A program made the position numbers and the translations under genes. A DNA stretch of 63,999 nt, filler included, from Octopus bimaculoides (lineage: Eukaryota), in assembly GCF_001194135.2 (NCBI RefSeq). It is 6 parts of 6 records of this genome, joined end to end, with 100 filler letters (N's around TTAATTAATTAA, not from the genome) between each part and the next. Parts side by side here need not be neighbours in the genome. Positions count along the whole stretch, not along the records: positions 30,771 to 43,283 come from NC_068988.1; positions 43,384 to 54,730 come from NC_068986.1; 4 more parts are not named here. One strand, given 5' to 3'. Positions 38,331 to 50,791 of this stretch are shown piece by piece. Position 1 is the stretch's first letter. Every line of letters starts with the position of its first letter. The notes beneath the pieces are model-generated. The model saw nothing but the letters and a program-made list of their open reading frames with translations, was not told where the DNA came from and did not search any database.

Positions 38331-40531
38331 TCGTATTTCTTGTCTGTGAGTCCATCTCAGTATGAGTTAATTAATGTCCTGAGATTATTCATTATTTTAT
38401 GTTGGTTATAGTGTTGGGCCTTTTCGTAATATGTCTCATCCCTTAATAAAGATAGTACTAGATTTTTATAGTCCCTCGCGTTCATTAGGACTACTGCGTT
38501 ACCTTCATCTGCTTCTTTGATTGTTACGGTTTTATCTTCTTTTAGTTCGTTAAGGTCATTCCATTGTCTCTTGCTGAAGTTTGGTCTGTGCTTTTGTTTA
38601 TTCGTGAGTTGATAAGGGTAATTGGTGATGTGCTCACAAAATTGGTCGAGGGCTTTATTCGTTCATTTTGTAGGGGTGTAGTTGCTGCTATTTCTCGCTA
38701 TTGAATCGTCGTCAATGTGTTTGTCATAAAATTCCTCGGCTATAATCTTAATTTTCTGCAAAACTCAGAAATGTCATCTTTCATTACATGGTAATTTGGT
38801 CGTTGTGGGGTTAGTGTAAATTTTAGTCCTTTGGATAGTATGTTTATCTGGTTGGGTGTTAGTTCTTTATTTGAGAGATTCGCTATTTTAATTACCTGTG
38901 GTTTCTCTGGTATGTCTGGTGCCATCGTGTATCCCTGTTCCTGTGTACTGGGTCTAAAAAATTATTGGAGTGGTCGGGTTTAATAGTGTTATTTATCTGC
39001 CTCCTGTTATAATTTTTATAGTGGGTTAGTGATGTACTATTTTGTATTGTGTTTTTGCACCTCGTGTTCCGTCTTAGTGTTTCAGGCATGTTATGTTGGT
39101 AGTTGTTTCTTCTGTAGTGGGTTTGTTGTTTGCTATGATGGGTTCCGAGAGTATAGGTTTTGTTGGTGTGTTTTAGTTGGGTTCTTAAAATTGAGTAGTG
39201 TATCCCTGTAGGTGTTTCGTGGTGCATTTATGTAGCTTGGGTTATATAGATTGTGGTTTCTAAAATAGTGTGGTGTATCTTCATGCATTTATGTAGTATG
39301 GGGTACGTTCAAAATGTCTTTTTCGTGGGAGAAGTATGTTCCGTTTTCTTGGTGGTTGTTCAGTTATGATAGATTGAGGTTTTGTTTTTCTTAATTTTAG
39401 GAAGGGGTTGTTGGAGATGTGTTCCTTTTTGAAGTTGGTTTCGTAAGTTGAAAACCAATTAGCGCTCTTTTCCCATCGCTGGAGGGATTCTAGTTCCTCT
39501 TTTTCGCACTCCTCTTTTCATAATTTTAGCATTGTTTCTGTGTTGGGGTCTTGTGTTTGTTTGTTGAGTTCTTTGTTGATTTCTTCGTCTATGGTTTTTA
39601 CTTTTTCTTCATTTGTGTCTGCCCTTAGTTTCAGTAGTTCCGTTTCCATCTTCATTTTTTCTAGTGTCATTCTTTCTCGGAGTTTCTTTTGTACTTCTGG
39701 TTCTTCCTGGATGGGTTTTATTTGTAATTTGCGGGATATAATTAAGGGTGTCGAGTCAAGCCATTTTTTATATATTTCTGCTTTATTGTGGTTTTGTATC
39801 ATTTTCCAAAACGCAAATTTTCTGTTTCTAAGACGTTTTCTCCATTGTGGTGCCACGTGGTTTTTTTTATTTGGAATGTTGATGCTACGGTGTTTGCCCC
39901 ATGTGGTATCCCGTTTTGTTGTTCTTGTTTTGAAATGTTTGAAAAGTATGTTTTAATTGTTTCACATAAGTTTCCAAGGTTCTCATATATTTCGGTGGAT
40001 GTTTTTCTCGTTTCGAGAAGTTATTCATAAGAAATAAACAAAGGAGATCGAAGAACCCGATTTCTATTAAAACCACAGGGGGAACAACTTCACCACGACG
40101 ACTACTACTACTACTATTATTTTTATTACTGCTGCTGGTTATTCGACGGCTACAGCCACTCTTAGAAAACAAAACTTGACCACAATTTAATTTACAAAAA
40201 CAGATAGTAGTAAATTACCATGCCTCCAGAACGAAAGGACCACGTGCGCATGCAAGAAATAACAGTAAACTATGAATGTTATTCTTAATTTTAATTTTAT
40301 TTTATTAATAGTCCTCTTCTCTTCTCACATATTTTATACTCATTTTTGATAAGGTCTNNNNNNNNNNNNNNNNNNNNNNNNNNNNNNNNNNNNNNNNNNN
40401 NNNNNNNNNNNNNNNNNNNNNNNNNNNNNNNNNNNNNNNNNNNNNNNNNNNNNNNNNNNNNNNNNNNNNNNNNNNNNNNNNNNNNNNNNNNNNNNNNNNN
40501 NNNNNNNNNNNNNNNNNNNNNNNNNNNNNNN

Positions 40532-40596
<65 letters not shown>

Positions 40597-40731
40597 TGTA
40601 TGTATATATATGTGTGTATATATACATAAGAGGTATCCATCATAGGATACCTGGCACGCTAGAAGGAATAGCCAAAATTCAATCCACTATTAGTGGCTTG
40701 AATTTTGGATTATCAATGATTAGTAATATCA

Positions 40732-40978
40732 TTTTCTGTTCATGTTCGAGCCAACACAATCTGTGTGTGCGTCACATATTGTGTTAAAGTCTCCTAACAA
40801 TACTAGCGAATGCGACGTGGCCAGGAACTTACCCAGGTCACGTAAATTTTCTCTTTGAGGGCCCATAATGTTGGGTGCATAAATAGCGACTAGCCTGATT
40901 ATCTTGTCACAACTGAATGTCAGGTCGAGAACGACCAGCCTGCCTTCTGGATCTGGATCAGAAAAAAACAACGTTTTT
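40732..40978 (-). mobile_element. L1/Tx1-type APE endonuclease fragment
   Basis: DPEGRLVVLDL..IRLVAIYAPN..LVLLGDFN. Confidence 0.85.
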
Positions 40979-43383
40979 NNNNNNNNNNNNNNNNNNNNNN
41001 NNNNNNNNNNNNNNNNNNNNNNNNNNNNNNNNNNNNNNNNNNNNNNNNNNNNNNNNNNNNNNNNNNNNNNNNNNNNNNTTTTCAAGTTAAAATTGGAGTG
41101 CAACTCCAAGGCTGGAGTTCCCTTCACCGAGAAATGCAGCTTTTAATAATTTTATGTAGTTTAGATTATTTATATAAATAGCTTAAGAACATTTTCTGTT
41201 GTTTCTATACTGATAGTTAATTATACATATATATATTTTAAATACATTTTTTTTTCATGCAAAGTGAAGCAGAATAATCTTCATTAGCTCTAAAGTGCTC
41301 CGAGAGTACAAAAATTGGGAGAAACATAACTTTAAATAATTTTCAAAAAAAAACAATTATTGAAAAAATATAATGACCTAACACAACCTACCTATTTGAC
41401 GCCCAGGTCTTTGTACTTCGATTTTCGTCTGGCCTGTTTTAGTAAATATAGTTTTATATACTCCCCACAAGAATGTGTAGGTAAGACAGTTTTATTAGCG
41501 TATGTTGATATGTCAATGTCTTCCAGCCTACGTTTACTTACTGAATGGACTCCTTATTAGCCTTTTTAGTGTGAGATTGATTCACGTTTAGATAAACTTC
41601 AAGTCAAGATAAGTCTAATGGTTGTAGTTGTTTTGTTAAGTTAGAATATTTTTGTTGATAACTTCTGAAATTTGATCAGGAATTCGTATTCATTATTTTT
41701 TATCATATATTGATTTTCTGTTACATGTTTAAGGGCACAAGCACTTATGATAAGCCCTTTTATATATTATATACTTGTAGGTTATTGTGATGTTCGGCTC
41801 TGACCACGAAACCTACGATTAAAAAGTTTTACCGCCATGAAATCACCGTCTTTTATTTCAGATACTCAATCTAGACCTGCATTATCTAATATGGCCTTCT
41901 CTTTTTAAAAATAGTTGACATTTAGCTTCTATCTCTTCCAGGTTGAGCAACAATATAAAGGCCTCACTGTTGGCTCATTGTAGTAAGTTATTCACTATAA
42001 AAGTTATCCACTATAAAAATCAGGCGCTTGTCTCTGTTCCTATAACATAAAATAGAAGTCTGGATAGGTTACTAGGATGATGATAATGATATAGTCCCCT
42101 TTTTCACTTGGGGCAATGAATTCCGTACTCCCATTTGAGATAAATATGTTAAAAATTATTAATAAAAAAAACAGCCAGCACCTTGGCTGATGCTTTTCTG
42201 AATCCACAGGGATGCACTATACAGCAGGAGCTTCTCTATGGTTTCGAAAATGTAAACCAGAAGCCTGGATAGATTACTAGGATGACGATGAAGTCTCCTT
42301 TCTTCACTTGAAGAAATGAATTTCCCTCTCCAATTTGACAGCCTGCAATTCAGTTGCTCCTATCATCAATGCACTTCGTTAGTCTTTTGTTTTTCCTTTT
42401 TTTATTTCGTAAGGGCACGATAGATGATGTTGATTTTAATATACATCGGTTGAATAAAAGATGAGATGGTCATGACTGGAATGCGATGAGTATAAGTCTT
42501 CTTGGTCAGAAGTGACACGGGGCAAAAATATCAACATCACTATCATCGTTGTTATTATCAGCACTACCACCATTACCCTCAATTAGTCGTTAATAGTTCA
42601 GACAGTGCTTCAAGGATTGAGTGGGGGGATTCTCACATAAAGTAAGTCAGTTGAATAAACCCTAAATTATTAAGCTAAACACTTGCTTTTCGTAATGATA
42701 AGAATACACATAAGTTTTAGCGATTAACTGCACTCTCACATTAGACAAATGAAAGATGAACACTCCGCACTAGATAACGCTCTAATCCAAAACCGACAGT
42801 TCAATTCATCCGGTGGTAAAAGCTAAGTTACGGAAGCCATTCTATTACACATGAATTCCACAATTCTATCGATCCTTGCAAATGCTATTAACTACTCGAG
42901 TTATTTCTTAAAACGAAAGAGAAAGGGACGTTCAGTTCCTTAGTCATTTGCTTCTTGGACATTATTCTATGCATTTACCAACTTGTGAACTTACATCCTA
43001 TCAAAATTTTTTATTACCCACAAGGGGCGACATAGAGGGGACGATACAACCTGATTTGGGGTCAGATGAAAACGGATGAATTAACAAAAACATGCATTTA
43101 AAAATTTTACAATGAAATAGAATTATAGTCGGATGATGCGACAGACCGGAAGACATTACGGATGGAGTGGTAAGGCGGGTTTAGCACGGACCCCTCGTGC
43201 CCCGCCTCGCCACTGATAGCTGAGATGAGTCCTTCGTCTCATTCATATAGTTACATTTATTCGCAACTTTCGTGCTACACTCTNNNNNNNNNNNNNNNNN
43301 NNNNNNNNNNNNNNNNNNNNNNNNNNNTTAATTAATTAANNNNNNNNNNNNNNNNNNNNNNNNNNNNNNNNNNNNNNNNNNNN

Positions 43384-43419
<36 letters not shown>

Positions 43420-43513
43420 ATAGGAAAGACAACAAAAGAAAGAAAGAGACCTCGATATTATGTAAATAGAGGAATTTATCTGTAAAATTATGTGACACTT
43501 ATTCGGTAGCCAT

Positions 43514-43574
43514 GATAAAACTCCGAGTTTCGGATGCCTGTGTGGGAGCCCACGCCAGCATCTCTTCAGTTATC
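43514..43574 (-). ncRNA. Type I hammerhead ribozyme candidate in a Penelope-like terminus
   Basis: Minus strand: GATAA CTGAAGA GATGCTG..CAGGCATC C GAAA CTC G GAG T T TTATC; stems I, II and III all pair; one extra C before GAAA. Confidence 0.7.
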
Positions 43575-43954
43575 CAGCCATTGAAAATTCTTGTGAAAAA
43601 TGACCGTTAAACAAAGGGAAATTACTGTGTGGTTGACCTTCATTAAGACAAAAGAACTAATAGATCGCTAAGTAAGGGGAGGGGGTAAAAGTAAGGGAGT
43701 AGAGAAGTCTATAGGTTCGCGTATGCGCACCAATCCGTACATTCGCCTATATTTATATACTAAACCACTCACACTTGAAACACACACATGCTCGCCCACA
43801 TACTCGCCAAAGACTATACATATACATACATATACATATATATACCCGCATACAGACCCACATAACAACAGAATTTTACAGAGCAGGGATACACGCTCTC
43901 ATTCAAAGGTAGAACATTGCTATTGAGAGAAACGGTGACTATGTTAAGAAGTAA

Positions 43955-44037
43955 GGATGTGATCCATAGAGGACCAGCTTCATTTTGATGTAGTTAGTAT
44001 ACATCAAAATGAAGCTGGTCCTCTGTGAATCACATCC
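43955..44037. repeat. 38-bp inverted repeat with a 7-nt loop (hairpin)
   Basis: GGATGTGATCCATAGAGGACCAGCTTCATTTTGATGTA / GTTAGTA / TACATCAAAATGAAGCTGGTCCTCTGTGAATCACATCC; 2 non-Watson-Crick positions. Confidence 0.9.
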
Positions 44038-45059
44038 CTAGGATACATGTTCCTGCGTTGGTAATAATACGTGTCCTAAATAAAGTGGCATTACTTTTTG
44101 ATTCACCCTCGTACAATGTACATCATTAGTGTTCGGAGTTGTAATTTGAGACCTCAAGAATGTCTAACACACGGTATAGTTGTGCCAATAGGAACCGGAG
44201 TTCTTGGTTCCAATCCTAATAGGTTTGTAATATACATCTACACGAGCTGCATATAACATCTAATTCTTTAATCTTACAAAAATCGACACTGCTTCTCTAA
44301 AATCATATGACTTCATGGAGAGTAGTGAATATGTATTCGGCTAGCACCTGAAGCCGTTCACAAGAAAGAAACGAATAAAAAAATTAATAATAATAATAAT
44401 AATAATAACGCACTACAATAACATAATAAACATAATTAGTGGAACAATAAAGCTATTGTCTATATTACAATGTTCGAGACATTTTCAGATCACCCGATAT
44501 TAACTCCATCTGCACCAACTAATAACAATAAAAAATGGAGCATTATTCGTAAAGTGACAATCAGCAAATATCCATGGCGGAAAGAAATGAAATAAATGGC
44601 GGAGAAAAGAGAAATTGCTTAACAATTCAACTTCAATAAGACAAGCTAATGATGTACTAAACATTGAGCAATGCAACAGAATGTGATAAGTGTAAATGAT
44701 ATCAATCAACTAATTTGCGCCATAATATACTAAAAGCGAGACAGCTGGTATTGGTGGTGATATAATGAAAGAAGACGGACCAAATGGAAGAAACAAAATC
44801 ACAAGAAGCCAAATCTAAAACAGCGAGATGTAACAGAAATGACGTCAAATATGATACAATTTGGCGATGGTGATAATATGAATCCAGAGTCATGTACACT
44901 GTTTGATTCGCACACATGCGCATATACAGATGTTTTCACTGAACGACGCTTAAGAAACGAATATGCCAGGATACGTAGATGTGATTGACTAGACTAATGG
45001 ATGTTGTTATACATCACCGGTGGCAATGCTCTTCATGTCGTTTTAGCTTTCGAATGATG

Positions 45060-45240
45060 CTACGCTGCTTGTTAGGGGAGCAGGCAAATATTCCCCCTAA
45101 TCGAAAGGATATGTCCAGGCTTATCCATTTATAGTTGAATTGATTGGAGGAACGTTAAACGAAGTGGTTTGCTCAAGACCCGGGGTATCGAGCACACGAT
45201 CTCGCGATCGTGGATGCAACACCTTTACCACTAAGCCACG
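45060..45240 (-). mobile_element. tRNA-derived SINE (degenerate)
   Basis: Minus strand A-box GTGGCTTAGTGG followed by a B-box-like GCTCGATACC. Confidence 0.55.
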
Positions 45241-46374
45241 CAACTTCACAAACCCTTGATACAAACGACAAAAGATGAACCTGTAAAAAGATAGTGTTGA
45301 AAGGAAATAGAATATATCATGATGGACATTATTGGCTCAGGTCATCGGTCTCATAGGACCGGTTATGCACTTTCGTTTACGCATAAGCATACGAGATCCC
45401 TAGACATTTAAACCCCGAAGGAGACGCCAGTCCGTCGTAAGTTTACTCATTTAAAGCCTTATTCCTTTGAAGAATGCAGAAAGTAACGTACTTATTAAGG
45501 GACTTGTTTGGATAATGCCCCACTTATGGGATAGATCCTTTTATAATTATAAGATATTACATAATTATAAGATATTATTTCTAAAAATGGTTTCAAATTT
45601 TGTCAGAAGGCCTACGTTGAACAACTCTGTGTGATTGTTCAGTTTGCTAGAAATAATAGCCACATCTCTCTCATACTATGCTCTCGTTAATATTAAGGAA
45701 TAGGATAAAATAGAATTAATATTTTTGATTTTGTTCGGCTCTATTAATGTAATTTTTTTTTTTAATACTTTCGTCCATTACTCAAGACCAGAAAAAAGTA
45801 ATTGGAAAATACTGACCAAAAGAAAGAAATTGTAACTTAAAAAATATAAAAAGAGAAAAAGTTTGTATTCGAAAGCCAAAAGATGTTTTTCAGCTGAGAT
45901 GTAATTTTATAATTAAAACAAATTCAAAATTTAAATTTCGGAACATAAGACTTAAATTGTTATCTGGAGTATGGGTAGACGACTTAGAACAAATGTGTGT
46001 GTGTGTTTGGTTAGGCTTTTAATTTCCAGGGTTCAATTTCATTTCAACCTTAGAAAGGAATTCAAATTTCTATCAGCTACCTCATCTCGCTCTCTCTTTC
46101 TCTCTCACTTCCTCTCTCCCTTGCTCGACACACGCATAGAATTTAAGTATCTTAATTTTCTCATTAAGATCGTTGCTGATTCGGTGGCTCAATAGGCATG
46201 GGTGTTGAAAACTAGTAATACAACACATAGATGGTGGATTCAAATATCTTCTAGAAATTACAAGAAAGCTAGCTAAAAAAAATTATTTAAGCAACAAAAT
46301 TTCTTCCTGCAAATTCTTTCTCTTAAGCGGGACACACGCGTCAGAAACGTACAAGAACAAATTGGCATATTAAT

Positions 46375-46406
<32 letters not shown>

Positions 46407-48105
46407 ATAAATGATATTGTCTGGCTGCCCAGTCCTGGCGAAGAAGGAATATATCCACAGACTGGAATAACAGCAGAAAAGAGATGGTACAGGCGCACGC
46501 CAGAAAAGGTCAGAGAAAACGAGAAAGTAACACAGAGATAGAGAAATTAAGGTTGATAGTTCGTATATAGTTGTCAGAGATCACCAAGAAAAAAATTGCT
46601 TTCTAATCGACGTATCACTAACAACAGATGACAATATGTTGCTTCTATTGCATATTTTGAACTTTATTCAGCCATTGGGGTGTCGTTGAAAACCAGAGAT
46701 TTATTTATAGTCTATAAGTTTCAGACTGGCCGATTCGACTTCGTTTCCATCAATATGTGACGTTGACAAACCGCAGTTATCGCGAAATACGCATCTGTCC
46801 TCTACGCGGTTACTTTCAAGGTGACTTCGTTTCGCCTAGCTCTGAAGTATAGAGTGTTTTCTTTAAACACAATACAAGTTATAAAGAGATATTTTCCGGA
46901 CGAAAAACTGCAGTTTTTAGCTGTTCAACGATATATGTTCGTTAAGTATGTTATACAGATGACAGCTGAATAAATATATTATTTTAGTAAATAAGAAAAC
47001 AAATAGATGAGAAAGAATTAGACGTAATAGATAAGAAATAGATAAGAAATAGAAAGTAAATATATAAGAATAGAATAGAAAAAGAATATATTTGAAAGAA
47101 TTAGAGTACCTTGCGACTCAGCTTACATATCAAATTTTTACTGAAAATTTGCTTATCCAAAGCCGCCTATGAACATTCTGTGTGCCTGACCTACATATGA
47201 TAGACATATCGGCTGAACATTACACAGGGCTACCATTAACTGTTCAGTTAGGAGCGTGTGCCGCTTCACGCAATGCACAGATACTAAATCCTTGTTTTTT
47301 TTTCCCTCCTTCCTAAACAATTCTAGTGAAGATTATTAGGTCACAAACTTTTGTCAAACGTAATTCCTCTCGGTTAGTCGAATGAAGTTCAAAATTTCGT
47401 TGTTGCTAGCAACACTGAAAAATGAAATATAATTTTTTGCCTCGATTTACTTATTTGGCAAACGCTGTGTGCAGCTGTATACATGTGTGTATGTCTGTGT
47501 TTATACATATGTGTTTTGTTTGGCTTATCGTTGCAAATGCTGGAGTTAATATTTGTCTCGAATATTAGAACTCGGCTAGTAATATAAGGAGAGGCTAAGT
47601 CGTTTGTATCAACCGCAGTGCTCAACTGGTAGTTATTTTATTGGCCCAAAGGAATGTAAAAACGTATGAAATATCACTAAGCATCCTGTTCGGCGAACAA
47701 ACGACTCTCGTAGCTCACTGCTTTAATATTGAAGTTAATATTACTGTGCCAAAGTAATTGTCTCTTACCTTTGGCATGTTCACGATCTGCTGAGTAAACA
47801 CATTTTATTTTCTATTTTTTCCGAATAATATAACGAAATTGTTTCTGTTTCAAATGTTGTAAGTACTTCCGGTTACATTAGGACAATAGCCATATAGAAA
47901 TAATATCTTTACTCAAAGATTAAAATGACATTATGCTCAACCTTATGTTACAAACCACTGTCTATTGTTTGCTCATTCCAGTTAGTGAGCTAAATTCACG
48001 AATGCTACATGTTTGAAGAATAATCCAATAAAAGAAACGTTTCTATAGGAAGCACAGCATAAAATCCGAAATATATAACAAAGAAAGACTGACAATTAGA
48101 TATTA

Positions 48106-48273
48106 CAGTTCTATATTTAAGAGACGAGGTATTATGTACATTATTTACGTTATTTACATTTGACGGATGTTTGTCCTCATCTTTGTTGTTACCACAACGC
48201 TTCGGATGATACACCCTCTAGCCTTCACCAGGTATATTGGGGAAATTTCGAACATGGGTTCCCATTCCTAAAG

Positions 48274-48353
<80 letters not shown>

Positions 48354-48652
48354 CTCACTGCCTGGAACCGAACCACTACGCCCTATGGCCACGGTCATAT
48401 GGCATAGTGGTTAAGAGCGCGGGTTACTAACCACAAGATTCCGAGTTTGATTCCAGGCACTGACGTGAATAATAATAACAACAGCAACAACAATAAGAAT
48501 AATAACATCGGAAAATACCTTAGGAATTAGAACCTATGTTCGAAATTTCCCCAATAAACCTAATGAAGGCTGGAGGGTATATCAGCCGAAACGTTGTGTT
48601 AACAATGCACAAGATGAGGTAAAATATCCGTGAAACGTAAATAATGTAAATA
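48106..48652. mobile_element. Palindromic tRNA-head/microsatellite/HHR element, copy 2
   Basis: HHR arm, (ATT)n, partial reverse tRNA-like head, forward head with A-box TGGCATAGTGG (48400-48410), (AAT/AAC)n, reverse HHR arm. Confidence 0.85.
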
Positions 48653-49226
48653 TTATTTCAAATAATGGTTTCAAATTTTGGCAGAAGGCCCACGTTGTTG
48701 GAAAAAAGTTTTAGACGATTACATGCTCAACGAGCATTTTATTTTATCGACCCCGAAAAACAATCGACAAATTTGTTCTCTGGAGTATTTAAACTCAGAA
48801 CGGAAAAGGCTGGAAGAAATATTGCAAGGAATCTCGTTCGATGTGCTAACGATTCCACTAACTCACTGCCTTGTGAGTACAATGATTAATCTAATAGATA
48901 TCCACCGAATTTCTCAATGATTTGGTACTTGCGGGTGCCAGGAGTAGTTAAATTGAAGCTAATTCGCAAGATATTTTGGTCAAAAATTTATTTGTCTTCG
49001 AAATACTTCCTGCTTGACATAGTCATGGCAGCCAGCAGCACCACCATGTCTCTTTAATGGGAAAAAATCAGAGAAATTAACCAAATATAAAAATCTTGAA
49101 ATAGAGATCTCGAATTAGAAACGTGGGCACGTATGTACACAGACTCAGACACACACGTATTTCTTGCACATACTTAAATACACCTACATGCACATGCATA
49201 GAACCACTGTCTCTCTCTCTCTCTCC

Positions 49227-49266
<40 letters not shown>

Positions 49267-49774
49267 TACATACACAGACATGTACACACATACGCACATA
49301 TAAACACACGCACAGACACACACATTCTGAAAATCAAATACGCAATTACACACGAATATGTTATAGGAATATAGCCAAAACTCAAATATTGATTCTCTAA
49401 AAATATATTGTGCTATGAATAAAAAAAAGCCAAACAATGCGAAAAACAATATAATGATGATGATGATGATGATGATGATAGTGGTGATGATGATGATTAT
49501 AATAATGGTTGCTTTATTGGCCGCTATTAATAATTGTAATATTAACAATAGGGATTGTTAACGTAGGCACAACGCCATACAACTCCTTGAATGAGTGTAG
49601 GCATTTAAATGGACTCAAGTGTTTAACAGGAACACATTTAAGCAACAGCAGAATTATGAATGCTGAAGATAATTTACACAGATATTGAATTCGGAACGAA
49701 ACTAAATGCTACAGAGCATTTTTTATCACCACTCTACAAAATCATTTAACAAACCAGGCGTGTGATTTATACAT

Positions 49775-49952
49775 TTCTATATTTAAGAGATGAGTAATTA
49801 TGTACATACTTAATATTATTTACATTTCACAGATATTTGTCCTCATTTTGTTTGTTGTTAACCCAACGTTTCGTCTGATATACTTACCAGCCTTCATCAG
49901 GTGCGTTGGGGAAATTTCGAACCCGGGTTCTCATTCCTAAGGTATTCTTCTT

Positions 49953-49983
<31 letters not shown>

Positions 49984-50182
49984 TTATTATTATTATCATT
50001 ATTATTATTCAGGTGACTGTCTGGAATCGAACTCGGATTCTTGGGGTTAGTAGCCCGCGCTCTTAACCACTACGCCATATGCCTGTGGGCAATTGTTGTG
50101 TATTAAGGAAGGATAGTAAAATATTTATAAGCCCTAAAATTCACTCCATAATTGCCCACGAGCATATGGAGTAGTGGTTAAG
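49775..50182. mobile_element. Palindromic tRNA-head/microsatellite/HHR element, copy 3 (right arm truncated)
   Basis: HHR arm, (TTC)n(ATT)n, full reverse head with B-box 50023-50034 and A-box 50067-50077, spacer, start of forward head. Confidence 0.85.
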
Positions 50183-50422
50183 TGCAGGATCTTTAGTTTT
50201 ATCAATGATTTTGCTTTACTTCCTCATTCCCCTTTTATGCTTATTTCGCTTTTGTATTTGGCTTGCAAGACTCTTGGAGTCAACACGTATACTGCTAGAA
50301 ACTGATTTCATTTCCATCTCGGGACGGTCATCATGTCTACAATGAACACGGAACTGGTTTTATTTCTCTTCTTTACTATTTTCTGTCAATTGCTTCACTA
50401 TTTCAACAATTCACTACATACA

Positions 50423-50737
50423 GTTCTATATTTAAGAGACGAGGAATTATGTATATTATTTACATTATTTACATTATTTATATTTGACGAATATTTGTTC
50501 TCATCTTGTTTGTTGTTAACACAACGTTTCGGCTGATATACCCTCCAGCCTTCATCAGGTGTCTTGGGGAAATTCCGAACCTGGGCTCTCATACCTAAAG
50601 TATTTTTCACTGTTATTATTAATTAAAATTAGATTTATAAGCTCTAAAATTCACGCCATAATTCACGGGCATATTGCGTAATAGTTAAGAGCGCGGGCTA
50701 CTAACCCCAAGATTCCGAGTTCGATTCCAGGCAGAGA

Positions 50738-50791
<54 letters not shown>

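Larger units (their letters stand above)
36200..40357 (-). mobile_element. Near full-length Penelope-like element (Neptune-type) with 3' pLTR and inverted 5' pLTR
   Basis: Broken ORF from about 40010 to 36641 with RT, Cys-rich linker (KKCRRPNCG..FTCAS) and GIY-YIG; 36247-36610 is inversely repeated at 40018-40357. Confidence 0.9.
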
